Shown in pieces: positions 10,000 to 16,863 of a stretch of DNA of 18,144 bases (the stretch's first letter is position 1; each line of letters opens with the position of its first letter). Source of the DNA: a virus (taxonomy: Duplodnaviria; Heunggongvirae; Uroviricota; Caudoviricetes); IMG/VR virus record IMGVR_UViG_3300029843_000306; one strand, written 5' to 3'. The notes below the pieces were generated by a model that saw only the letters and a list, made by a program, of their open reading frames with translations, did no database searches and was not told the DNA's origin. The translations under genes were made by a program, and so were the position numbers.

Positions 10000-10752
10000 T
10001 TATCTCGTCACCTTCCTCAATTGCGCTTCCGCGTATGCTTCTTCCTGCCAGCACTTTGTTACCAGTTTACCAATGACGTCCGCATACCCCTTATACCACT
10101 GATAATCGGTCAGGTCTGGTACCAGCTTCTGGACATGACGTCGTGCCAGCGTGGTCGGTAAACGACTAAACCGGTTTCCATTACAACGCCCACAAATCTT
10201 ATATACCGGTACGCCATGAAACCGGGTTCTTTTTTCATCCAGAACAATCCCTTTACCCTTACACCCTCTGCACGCTGTGCTGGCTTCGCCCTTACCATGG
10301 CAATGCTGACATAGTTCCTTCACCCATTCTTCCTTGATTACAGATTCCCCGCGTCTGTAGTGTTTCACCACTTCGCGCAATACATTATAAAATCCCGTAC
10401 CTGAACAATGCTCACAGCGAGCCTTACTTGCCGCAGACCTGGAGTAATCAGCAAAGGCAAAACTCACGAGGTAAGGAATAATCTGTAACCGGATTTCTTC
10501 ACTCAATTTGTTCAATGTCGGGTTATCCAGTGCCATCGCGTAATTTAGCAGGCCTTCAATCGCAAACTGAGGGTCCTGAACACCAACTTTTGCCAGAAAT
10601 AAGGCCAACCCAAGTGGTGCTTTCGACTGCACCATCCCCTGCGCTGCCATTACATCCGTAATTGTTAAACAACCGGTGCCTGTCGCTGGAGCGTCATCGC
10701 TCAATTTTGGAGATTTTGGGGAGTAATATTTTGGTAAGGCTTCAAGGTTCAT
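10000..10752 (-). CDS. quuQ: Late-gene antitermination protein Q (phage 21/82-type)
   Basis: 250 aa from ATG 10752; multiple CxxC zinc-binding motifs (CEHCSGTG, CQHCHGKG, CRGCKGKG, CGRCNG); sequence recognised as QuuQ; track ORF has a 10-codon extension. Confidence 0.9.
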   Translation of the reverse strand: MNLEALPKYYSPKSPKLSDDAPATGTGCLTITDVMAAQGMVQSKAPLGLALFLAKVGVQDPQFAIEGLLNYAMALDNPTLNKLSEEIRLQIIPYLVSFAFADYSRSAASKARCEHCSGTGFYNVLREVVKHYRRGESVIKEEWVKELCQHCHGKGEASTACRGCKGKGIVLDEKRTRFHGVPVYKICGRCNGNRFSRLPTTLARRHVQKLVPDLTDYQWYKGYADVIGKLVTKCWQEEAYAEAQLRKVTR

Positions 10753-10765
10753 GCTCGTTCTCCAC

Positions 10766-11815
10766 TTACGCCAGTACGCCAATTGTCAGCGCGCGATCGA
10801 TAAAACGAAATATCAGCTCCAGTTGGGAGCCATACTTATCTTCAAATGCCACTGTATCCGTATGCAGCTCGTTGTGATGCTTTCTGCACAAAGGCAACAC
10901 AAAGAGATCATGTGCTTTTGTTCCCATTCCGCCCTGCCCGTGACCAATCAGATGATGCGGATCGTCGGCTGGCATACCGCAGCAAGCACACGGCTGTGTC
11001 TTAACCCAACGTGTGTATTTCTCCTTAACCCAGCGGCGACGTTTAGGCAGCTTCATGAAAGATTCCGGAGACTCTGGATCAACGGTGATGCTTACCACCG
11101 TCTTTTCCTGTGGTGATTTTTGTTGCTGGTGGGCGTAAGGCAACGGTGCAAGATTTTTTGTGCGTTGTTTCAATATGCTGGTGGCGGTCTGCTCTCCCGG
11201 TACGATGTCGCTTTCGCGGTACACCGAGCAGATTTTTTCCGCTGGTAATCCCAGCGAACGACGCGATACAGCCTCAGGTAGTGCATCCACCACCTGATTG
11301 CAGACCGCCCACCAGGATAATTCAGCCAAAGATAATTCCCGCTCCTGCGTACCGCTTATTGCGTGACGGATGACGTCAATCACCCATGCTGTCAGATTTT
11401 GTTGAGCAAGCAGCTCCAGTGATTCCGATGTCTGGTCACGCAGTTGGTTGTCGCAGTGCCAGCACAACACCATTGCGCCGGTACCATAACGGTGAATGAC
11501 TGTTTCAGTGTGATGGTAATCGCCATTAGGCCACTGGCAGGATGTAACATGACGTAATAGCCAGTCGGACAATGCGCCAACGCCGCCAGCAGCACGAATC
11601 ACCCGTTCGTTACTAAAAAACGGCAGCAATGTTTTGTCTTCCGCCAGCGGCTGGCGAACGGCAGGAACGACTCCGGATGGCAGATTACGCATGCTTTTTG
11701 GTTCCGGTTCCACCAGCACTCGAGGATTATGAAATATCTGTATGGATTCACGGCCCGGCTTAAGGACCACCAGCCCAAGCTCAGGCACCAGAACAGGTCT
11801 AAGTAATACCCGCAC
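10766..11815 (-). CDS. ydfU: DUF968-family protein with HNH-like nuclease motif
   Basis: 349 aa from GTG 11815 (track ORF extends to 11854); C-terminal HNH-like motif CACCGMPADDPHHLIGHGQGG…CRKHHNELH. Confidence 0.75.
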   Translation of the reverse strand: MRVLLRPVLVPELGLVVLKPGRESIQIFHNPRVLVEPEPKSMRNLPSGVVPAVRQPLAEDKTLLPFFSNERVIRAAGGVGALSDWLLRHVTSCQWPNGDYHHTETVIHRYGTGAMVLCWHCDNQLRDQTSESLELLAQQNLTAWVIDVIRHAISGTQERELSLAELSWWAVCNQVVDALPEAVSRRSLGLPAEKICSVYRESDIVPGEQTATSILKQRTKNLAPLPYAHQQQKSPQEKTVVSITVDPESPESFMKLPKRRRWVKEKYTRWVKTQPCACCGMPADDPHHLIGHGQGGMGTKAHDLFVLPLCRKHHNELHTDTVAFEDKYGSQLELIFRFIDRALTIGVLA

Positions 11816-11816
11816 G

Positions 11817-12095
11817 TTACCTCCAGATCCGTTGCTGGAAAGTGCGGGACGCACGTGGTGGGCGTTCGGAATAAGGCAGCCTGACAGAGATTATCCAGTG
11901 CCGATAGTCGAGACTGAGAGCTTTCTTAACCTCGAACCCGCGCCTGCGGTAAGAATGAATCAGCCATTCGGCCTGTTCTGCAGTGCATGGAGGGTGCTGG
12001 AACCATTCAGACTTGAATGCGTGAGAATACCGCCCGTGCGTGCAGGCAAGAACGGGCGAATTATCAGAATTGTAATATTTTGCGTTGCGTGCCAT
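11817..12095 (-). CDS. Hypothetical small protein with Cys/His residues, upstream of and abutting ydfU
   Basis: 92-aa ORF with GGAG Shine-Dalgarno 5 nt before ATG 12095; stop abuts the ydfU start; no family assignment made. Confidence 0.5.
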   Translation of the reverse strand: MARNAKYYNSDNSPVLACTHGRYSHAFKSEWFQHPPCTAEQAEWLIHSYRRRGFEVKKALSLDYRHWIISVRLPYSERPPRASRTFQQRIWR

Positions 12096-12161
12096 CGGTT
12101 TTCTCCGGTGGCACGGTGTTACTCAGCGGGAGTTCAGCCCCGCGCAAGATTGTAGATGAGT

Positions 12162-12413
12162 TTATTCTCCTGAAAAAGCAGAAAAGCCAGCTTTTATTCC
12201 GATCTCTTTCAATGCCTGTAATGAAGTGACAAACTCACCTTCGCGCAAGATAAATCCGTCCGTGACCCGAGCATCCACAAAATTAATTAACGCAGCCCCA
12301 TTCTTTCGCAAACACATAATGCGGTAATGACTAACAAGATTTCCATTTTCAACGCACACAGCATAGAGGCCATCTTCACAAAAAATTTTACGCAGTTCTT
12401 CGATGTTCATCAT
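12162..12413 (-). CDS. rem: Small prophage protein Rem
   Basis: 83 aa; position between ydfU and hokD and length match K-12 rem; sequence identity is from recollection only. Confidence 0.6.
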   Translation of the reverse strand: MMNIEELRKIFCEDGLYAVCVENGNLVSHYRIMCLRKNGAALINFVDARVTDGFILREGEFVTSLQALKEIGIKAGFSAFSGE

Positions 12414-12539
12414 CAGAATCCTTCCGGATAATTAGCTCTCCCCTTTAAGGGACCATCCCTCTTATCCCTGCGCGCTACTTAAGTATTTTTGATTCTATTC
12501 CGGCACCGTCCAGAACTTCAAACGCGTTGAAAATAAAAA

Positions 12540-12565
12540 CAAAAACCCGCCGAAGCGGGTTAAGT
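12540..12565 (-). terminator. Rho-independent terminator of the relB-relE-hokD operon
   Basis: Minus strand reads ACCCGC-UUCG-GCGGGU followed by UUUUGUUUUUAUUUU. Confidence 0.8.
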
Positions 12566-12629
12566 GCGGGTGCGTTGAGGATGCCTGCCACATCAGAGGT
12601 GGCGAGGGATTTCTCCCCCGCCGGGTCTC

Positions 12630-12785
12630 TTACTCCTCAGGTTCGTAAGCTGTGAAGACAGCGACCTCCGTCTGGCCGGTTCGGATTCGTACCTCGCAGA
12701 GGTCTTTCCTCGTTACCAGTGCCGTCACTATGACGGTTAAACAGATGACGATCAGGGCGATTAACATCGCCTTTTGCTGCTTCAT
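12630..12785 (-). CDS. hokD: Hok-family type I toxin (small membrane peptide)
   Basis: 51 aa translated by hand: MKQQKAMLIALIVICLTVIVTALVTRKDLCEVRIRTGQTEVAVFTAYEPEE; absent from the ORF track; downstream of relE as in relBEF. Confidence 0.85.
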   Translation of the reverse strand: MKQQKAMLIALIVICLTVIVTALVTRKDLCEVRIRTGQTEVAVFTAYEPEE

Positions 12786-12856
12786 AGCCTGCTTCTCCTG
12801 TCAACGCAAAGCAGAAGTGTCACCTTCGGTGCGAAACAGAGATGTCATGCTTTGGT

Positions 12857-13144
12857 TCAGAGAATGCGTTTGACCGCCTCGCTATATACTTCCGAGCGTT
12901 CTCTTTTCCCAACAGAAATCACGAAAACGACAACTTTCTCGTCTATAACCTGGTATACAAGGCGATAGCCTGAAGACCGGAGCTTAATCTTGTAACAATC
13001 AGGCATACCACGGAGCTTGTTTGCTTCAATCCGGGGTGACTCAAGTACTTCAACCAGCTTCTTTTTCAACTGTTCACGTACCGTCGAGCCCAGCTTTCGC
13101 CATTCCTTTAGTGCCCGCTCGTCAAAATCCAGAAAATACGCCAT
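12857..13144 (-). CDS. relE: RelE mRNA interferase toxin (type II TA)
   Basis: 95 aa; sequence recognised as RelE; start overlaps the relB stop (ATGA). Confidence 0.95.
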   Translation of the reverse strand: MAYFLDFDERALKEWRKLGSTVREQLKKKLVEVLESPRIEANKLRGMPDCYKIKLRSSGYRLVYQVIDEKVVVFVISVGKRERSEVYSEAVKRIL

Positions 13145-13383
13145 CAGAGTTCATCCAGCGTCACACGTACTGGCTTAGGATTACGAAGCCGTTCTTTCAC
13201 TATCTCCACAAGTTCAGCATCTTCATCACTCAGGAGTGTCTGTTTGAACGGCAAGCGTTCATTGTCAGCGATATACTCGAGCATGAGACGAAGCGCTTCA
13301 GAAGGAGTTACACCCATTTTTTCAAGCGCGGCGTAAGAACGCGCTTTAAGTTCATCGTCAATACGCAGGTTAATGCTACCCAT
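13144..13383 (-). CDS. relB: RelB antitoxin (RHH family)
   Basis: 79 aa; sequence recognised as RelB; AAGAGGTG Shine-Dalgarno upstream. Confidence 0.95.
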   Translation of the reverse strand: MGSINLRIDDELKARSYAALEKMGVTPSEALRLMLEYIADNERLPFKQTLLSDEDAELVEIVKERLRNPKPVRVTLDEL

Positions 13384-13385
13384 GT

Positions 13386-13440
13386 CTTACACCTCTTGTA
13401 ATTACAAATGTCATTACAAGTATCGCACTACAACATGCTT
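13386..13440 (-). promoter_or_regulatory. relBE promoter/operator region (relO-like repeats)
   Basis: Repeated TTGTAAT/TACAAG hexads (CTTGTAATTACAAATGTCATTACAAG on the + strand) directly upstream of relB. Confidence 0.55.
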
Positions 13441-13713
13441 AGGGCAAGTCACGAAGGAAGTCAGAAAGTAGTCGTAAGAACGGTGATCACTGTCCGCTTT
13501 GTGCCAGGAGCAGCCATTGCTAAGTCCATCCTGTATTGTGCAGGTCAGCTCGTTTTTAAAGAGTCCGGCCATCATCTTACTGGTACAGACACCATATACT
13601 TTGTGACGGTCAGGCTACATATGCACAACTCAACTTATTCATCTATTTTTTGCTTTAGCATGTCAGTGTTGCTTTCTCGTCGGCGGGTGAGCGGTGACCT
13701 GACCTGTCGATAA
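13408..13713 (+). CDS. ydfV: Hypothetical ORF at the position of K-12 ydfV (weak coding evidence)
   Basis: 101-aa ORF starting inside the relB operator; no recognisable domain; listed only because the equivalent ORF is annotated in K-12. Confidence 0.25.
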   Translation: MSLQVSHYNMLRASHEGSQKVVVRTVITVRFVPGAAIAKSILYCAGQLVFKESGHHLTGTDTIYFVTVRLHMHNSTYSSIFCFSMSVLLSRRRVSGDLTCR

Positions 13714-13865
13714 AGGAACGTAACACGTTTTATGCAACACCCGCATGCGGCAGAAAATTATTGCCGAACGTTTACCCCTGTCAACAAGCTTTACTTTCTG
13801 AGGCGCGCCAGCCCGCGAGGAAAACAATCTGAACATCAAACAATTAATGACACAAGAAATACGAT

Positions 13866-13892
13866 TAAAGATTTTTTTGTGCATGCCGATAG
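13866..13892 (+). promoter_or_regulatory. Sigma-28 (FliA) class promoter of flxA
   Basis: TAAAGATT (13866-13873), 11-nt spacer, GCCGATAG (13885-13892), against the consensus TAAAGTTT-N11-GCCGATAA; GGAG Shine-Dalgarno and ATG follow. Confidence 0.75.
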
Positions 13893-13915
13893 TGCTTTTT
13901 TAAAAGGAGAAATCT

Positions 13916-14248
13916 ATGTCTGTCACAATTCAGGGAAATACCTCAACCGTTATTTCAAACAACTCCGCCCCGGAAGGAACATCAGAAATAGCCAAAATCA
14001 CAAGACAAATTCAGGTGCTGACTGAAAAGCTTGGGAAAATCTCATCGGAAGAGGGGATGACGACACAGCAGAAAAAAGAAATGGCTGCATTGGTACAGAA
14101 GCAAATTGAAAGCCTCTGGGCTCAACTGGAGCAGTTGTTAAGGCAGCAGGCAGAGAAAAAGAATGAAGACGCGACAGTTCAGCCTGATAAAAAAGAAGAG
14201 AAAAAAGACGATACAAATACCGCTGGCACCATTGATATTTACGTCTAA
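13916..14248 (+). CDS. flxA: FlxA (FliA-regulated protein of unknown function)
   Basis: 110 aa; sequence recognised as FlxA; coiled-coil/charged composition. Confidence 0.9.
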   Translation: MSVTIQGNTSTVISNNSAPEGTSEIAKITRQIQVLTEKLGKISSEEGMTTQQKKEMAALVQKQIESLWAQLEQLLRQQAEKKNEDATVQPDKKEEKKDDTNTAGTIDIYV

Positions 14249-14261
14249 GTGACAGCCGTAT

Positions 14262-14290
14262 TGTGGCCCTCATCGGGCCACTTTTCGCCA
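14262..14290 (+). terminator. Rho-independent terminator after flxA
   Basis: GTGGCCC-TCATC-GGGCCAC followed by TTTTCGCC. Confidence 0.65.
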
Positions 14291-14537
14291 TCAGCCTTTT
14301 CTTTAAAGACATATTATCTTTGTATCATTTCTGATAGTTAACATTACAAGATATAAGTAATGGACGCACTCCCAATTAGTCTATTTAAATCGCCACGAGT
14401 TTAACTGACAACCCATGATCAATTATGAATTGCAACTATTTCTGTAGTCACTTTTGTGGGGACAGTCCACAAAACTGCCAACTTCCGCTTCTTGCTCTTA
14501 GCGGACATTAGCATAGGCTATTTATCCGGAGCTTAAG

Positions 14538-16505
14538 TTGCACGCCATTGGGTGGGTTAAGCATAAATGTATTCCTGGTGCTAAATGGCCCGAAATTCAG
14601 GCAGAGATGCGCATCTGGAAAAAACGTCGCGAAGGTGAACGCAAGGAAACCGGAAAATACACGTCTGTTGTTGATCTCGCCCGCGCCAGAGCCAATCAAC
14701 AGAACACTGAAAATTCAACAGGAAAAATCAGCCCGGTCATTGCTGCCACTCATCGCGAATACAAGCAGACATGGAAAACACTGGATGACGAACTGGCCTA
14801 CGCTCTCTGGCCTGGTGATGTGGATGCCGGAAACATTGACGGCAGCATCCATCGCTGGGCAAAAAATGAAGTTATCGACAACGACCGCGAAGACTGGAAG
14901 CGTATCTCGGCATCAATGCGCAAACAGCCTGATGCCCTTCGCTACGACCGCCAGACTATTTTTGGCCTTGTCCGTGAACGTCCGATCGACATTCACAAAG
15001 ACCCTGTGGCACTGAACAAATACATTACTGAATACCTGACTACAAAGGGCGTGTTTGAAGATGAAGGAAGAAATCAGAGCGCAACTGATACTCTCTCGTC
15101 GCCAGTACCAGAAACTGATGCAGTGGAAACGGCAATTCCGGACAACGAAAAAACCGAATGCAAAGTGGAAGTCGAACCATCTGTAGAGCGTGAAGGGCCG
15201 TTCTACTTCCTCTTCACCGACAAGGATGGCGAAAAATACGGTCGCGCAAACAAACTTTCTGGTCTGGATAAGGCACTGGCTGCAGGGGCTACTGAAATCA
15301 CGAAAGAAGAATATTTCGCCCGCAAAAACGGTACATACTCAGGTTCACAACAAAATACTGGTGCATCTGACACGACCGCACAACCAGAGCCGGTAAAAGT
15401 TACCGCTGACGAAGTAAACAAAATTATGCAGGCAGCCAATATCAGCCAGCCTGACGCCGATAAGTTGCTTGCTGCATCACGTGGTGAATTTATTGAAGGG
15501 ATTAGCGACCCGAATGATCCGAAATGGGTTAAGGGGATCCAGACCCGCGATACTGTGAACCAGAACCAGCAAGAAACGGAACAGAACGACCAGAAAGCGG
15601 AACAAAACAGCCCAAATACGCAACAAAACGAGCCAGAAACGAAACAACCTGAACCAGTAGTGCAACAGGAACCGGAAAAAATCTGCACCGCCTGCGGTCA
15701 GAGCGGTGGTGGCAACTGCCCTGATTGTGGTGCGGTGATGGGCGACGCAACATACCAGGAAACATTCGATGACAAGAACCAGGTTGAAGTTCAGGAAGAC
15801 GATTCGGAGAAAATGGAAGGCGCTGAACATCCACACAAGGAGAATGCTGGCAGCGCTCAGGACCACGCCAGCGATAGTGAAACTGGCGAGATGGCAGATC
15901 CCTTAATTACGGTGAACGGTCATCACGTTATCACATCCACCAGCAGGACTTGTGACCATCTAATGATCGACCTTGAAACCATGGGAAAAAATCCTGATGC
16001 CCCGATTATCTCAATAGGTGCAATATTTTTCGATCCGCAAACCGGAGATATGGGACCGGAATTTAGTAAGACTATCGATCTGGAAACTGCTGGCGGAGTC
16101 ATTGATCGGGACACCATTAAATGGTGGCTTAAGCAATCACGCGAAGCGCAATCTGCCATTATGACCGATGAAATCCCGTTAGATGATGCACTGTTACAAT
16201 TGCGGGAATTTATCGACGAAAACTCCGGTGAATTTTTTGTTCAGGTTTGGGGAAATGGAGCCAACTTCGACAACACGATTTTGCGCCGTTCATACGAACG
16301 GCAGGGGATCCCCTGCCCGTGGCGTTACTACAACGATCGCGATGTACGCACAATCGTTGAGCTGGGAAAAGCCATGGACTTCGATGCCAGAACGGCTATT
16401 CCATTCGAAGGTGAGCGCCATAATGCACTTGATGACGCCCGTTACCAGGCAAAATACGTTTCAGTTATCTGGCAAAAACTGATCCCGAGTCAGGCTGATT
16501 CTTAA
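14538..16505 (+). CDS. Large early-region protein: N-terminal domain of unknown function, disordered acidic/Gln-rich linker, CxxC…CxxC zinc ribbon, C-terminal DEDDh (DnaQ-like) 3'-5' exonuclease domain
   Basis: 655-codon ORF; start is TTG 14538 (GGAG 8 nt upstream) or ATG 14607; C-terminus carries DLETMG, GNGANFD and H-NALDDA motifs of the DEDDh fold; zinc ribbon CTACGQSGGGNCPDCG. Confidence 0.7.
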   Translation: MHAIGWVKHKCIPGAKWPEIQAEMRIWKKRREGERKETGKYTSVVDLARARANQQNTENSTGKISPVIAATHREYKQTWKTLDDELAYALWPGDVDAGNIDGSIHRWAKNEVIDNDREDWKRISASMRKQPDALRYDRQTIFGLVRERPIDIHKDPVALNKYITEYLTTKGVFEDEGRNQSATDTLSSPVPETDAVETAIPDNEKTECKVEVEPSVEREGPFYFLFTDKDGEKYGRANKLSGLDKALAAGATEITKEEYFARKNGTYSGSQQNTGASDTTAQPEPVKVTADEVNKIMQAANISQPDADKLLAASRGEFIEGISDPNDPKWVKGIQTRDTVNQNQQETEQNDQKAEQNSPNTQQNEPETKQPEPVVQQEPEKICTACGQSGGGNCPDCGAVMGDATYQETFDDKNQVEVQEDDSEKMEGAEHPHKENAGSAQDHASDSETGEMADPLITVNGHHVITSTSRTCDHLMIDLETMGKNPDAPIISIGAIFFDPQTGDMGPEFSKTIDLETAGGVIDRDTIKWWLKQSREAQSAIMTDEIPLDDALLQLREFIDENSGEFFVQVWGNGANFDNTILRRSYERQGIPCPWRYYNDRDVRTIVELGKAMDFDARTAIPFEGERHNALDDARYQAKYVSVIWQKLIPSQADS

Positions 16506-16577
16506 TGTTCAACTGTCGCCGGTTGTGACTGGTATTCTGCAACCGGCGCTCGTCTGATGTAAGAGATAAAGAAATCG

Positions 16578-16829
16578 ATGAGCGAAGTAATCATGATTGT
16601 CTCTCCCGGCAAATGGGTATCCGAAGAGCAGTTAATTGCGCTGAAAGGAATAAAAAAAGGTACGTTAAAAAAGGCCCGGGAAAAATCGTTTATGGAAGGA
16701 AGGGAATATAAGCATGTCGCTCATGACGGTATGCCATGGGATAACAGTCCATGCTTTTACAACCTGGAAGAAATTGATCGCTGGATTGAGCGCCAGGCAT
16801 CAGCGAGACCAAGACGTCATCTTACTTGA
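16578..16829 (+). CDS. Excisionase-like / small DNA-binding protein upstream of int
   Basis: 83-aa ORF directly upstream of and co-oriented with the integrase; basic; family assignment is by position and general resemblance only. Confidence 0.5.
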   Translation: MSEVIMIVSPGKWVSEEQLIALKGIKKGTLKKAREKSFMEGREYKHVAHDGMPWDNSPCFYNLEEIDRWIERQASARPRRHLT

Positions 16830-16863
16830 CTAAAAGCCACACTAACTAATGAGAGAAGTTGAA

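Noticed and set aside
10110-12229. Several ORFs overlapping quuQ, ydfU and the 92-aa gene on either strand (10110..10298, 10662..11116, 11110..11373, 11392..11595, 11742..12155, 12017..12229)
   Set aside because: All overlap better-supported genes in other frames or on the opposite strand; none has a convincing ribosome-binding site.
12652-12873. 73-aa plus-strand ORF overlapping hokD
   Set aside because: Exactly antisense to the hokD coding sequence, which translates cleanly to a Hok peptide; an antisense RNA here is possible but the ORF itself is not supported.
14452-14474. Perfect 8-bp inverted repeat TTTTGTGG-N7-CCACAAAA upstream of the 655-aa gene
   Set aside because: Could be an operator or RNA hairpin, but there is no U-tract or adjacent promoter element to give it a role; noted only.
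14548-15015. 155-aa ORF in an alternative frame at the 5' end of the 655-aa gene
   Set aside because: Overlaps the better-supported long frame; no Shine-Dalgarno; translation has no recognisable features.
15203-15866. Three overlapping minus-strand ORFs (161, 129, 101 aa) inside the 655-aa gene
   Set aside because: They lie antisense to the A-rich repetitive linker region, where stops are depleted; low-complexity translations; no independent start signals.
16520-16555. Hairpin GCCGGTTG…CAACCGGC between the exonuclease gene and xis
   Set aside because: 8-bp stem but no following U-tract; cannot tell an attenuator or processing site from chance.
16849-16863. Upstream ATG at 16849 as the integrase start
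   Set aside because: No Shine-Dalgarno before it, whereas ATG 16864 is preceded by GAGAGAAG; the start remains formally uncertain.
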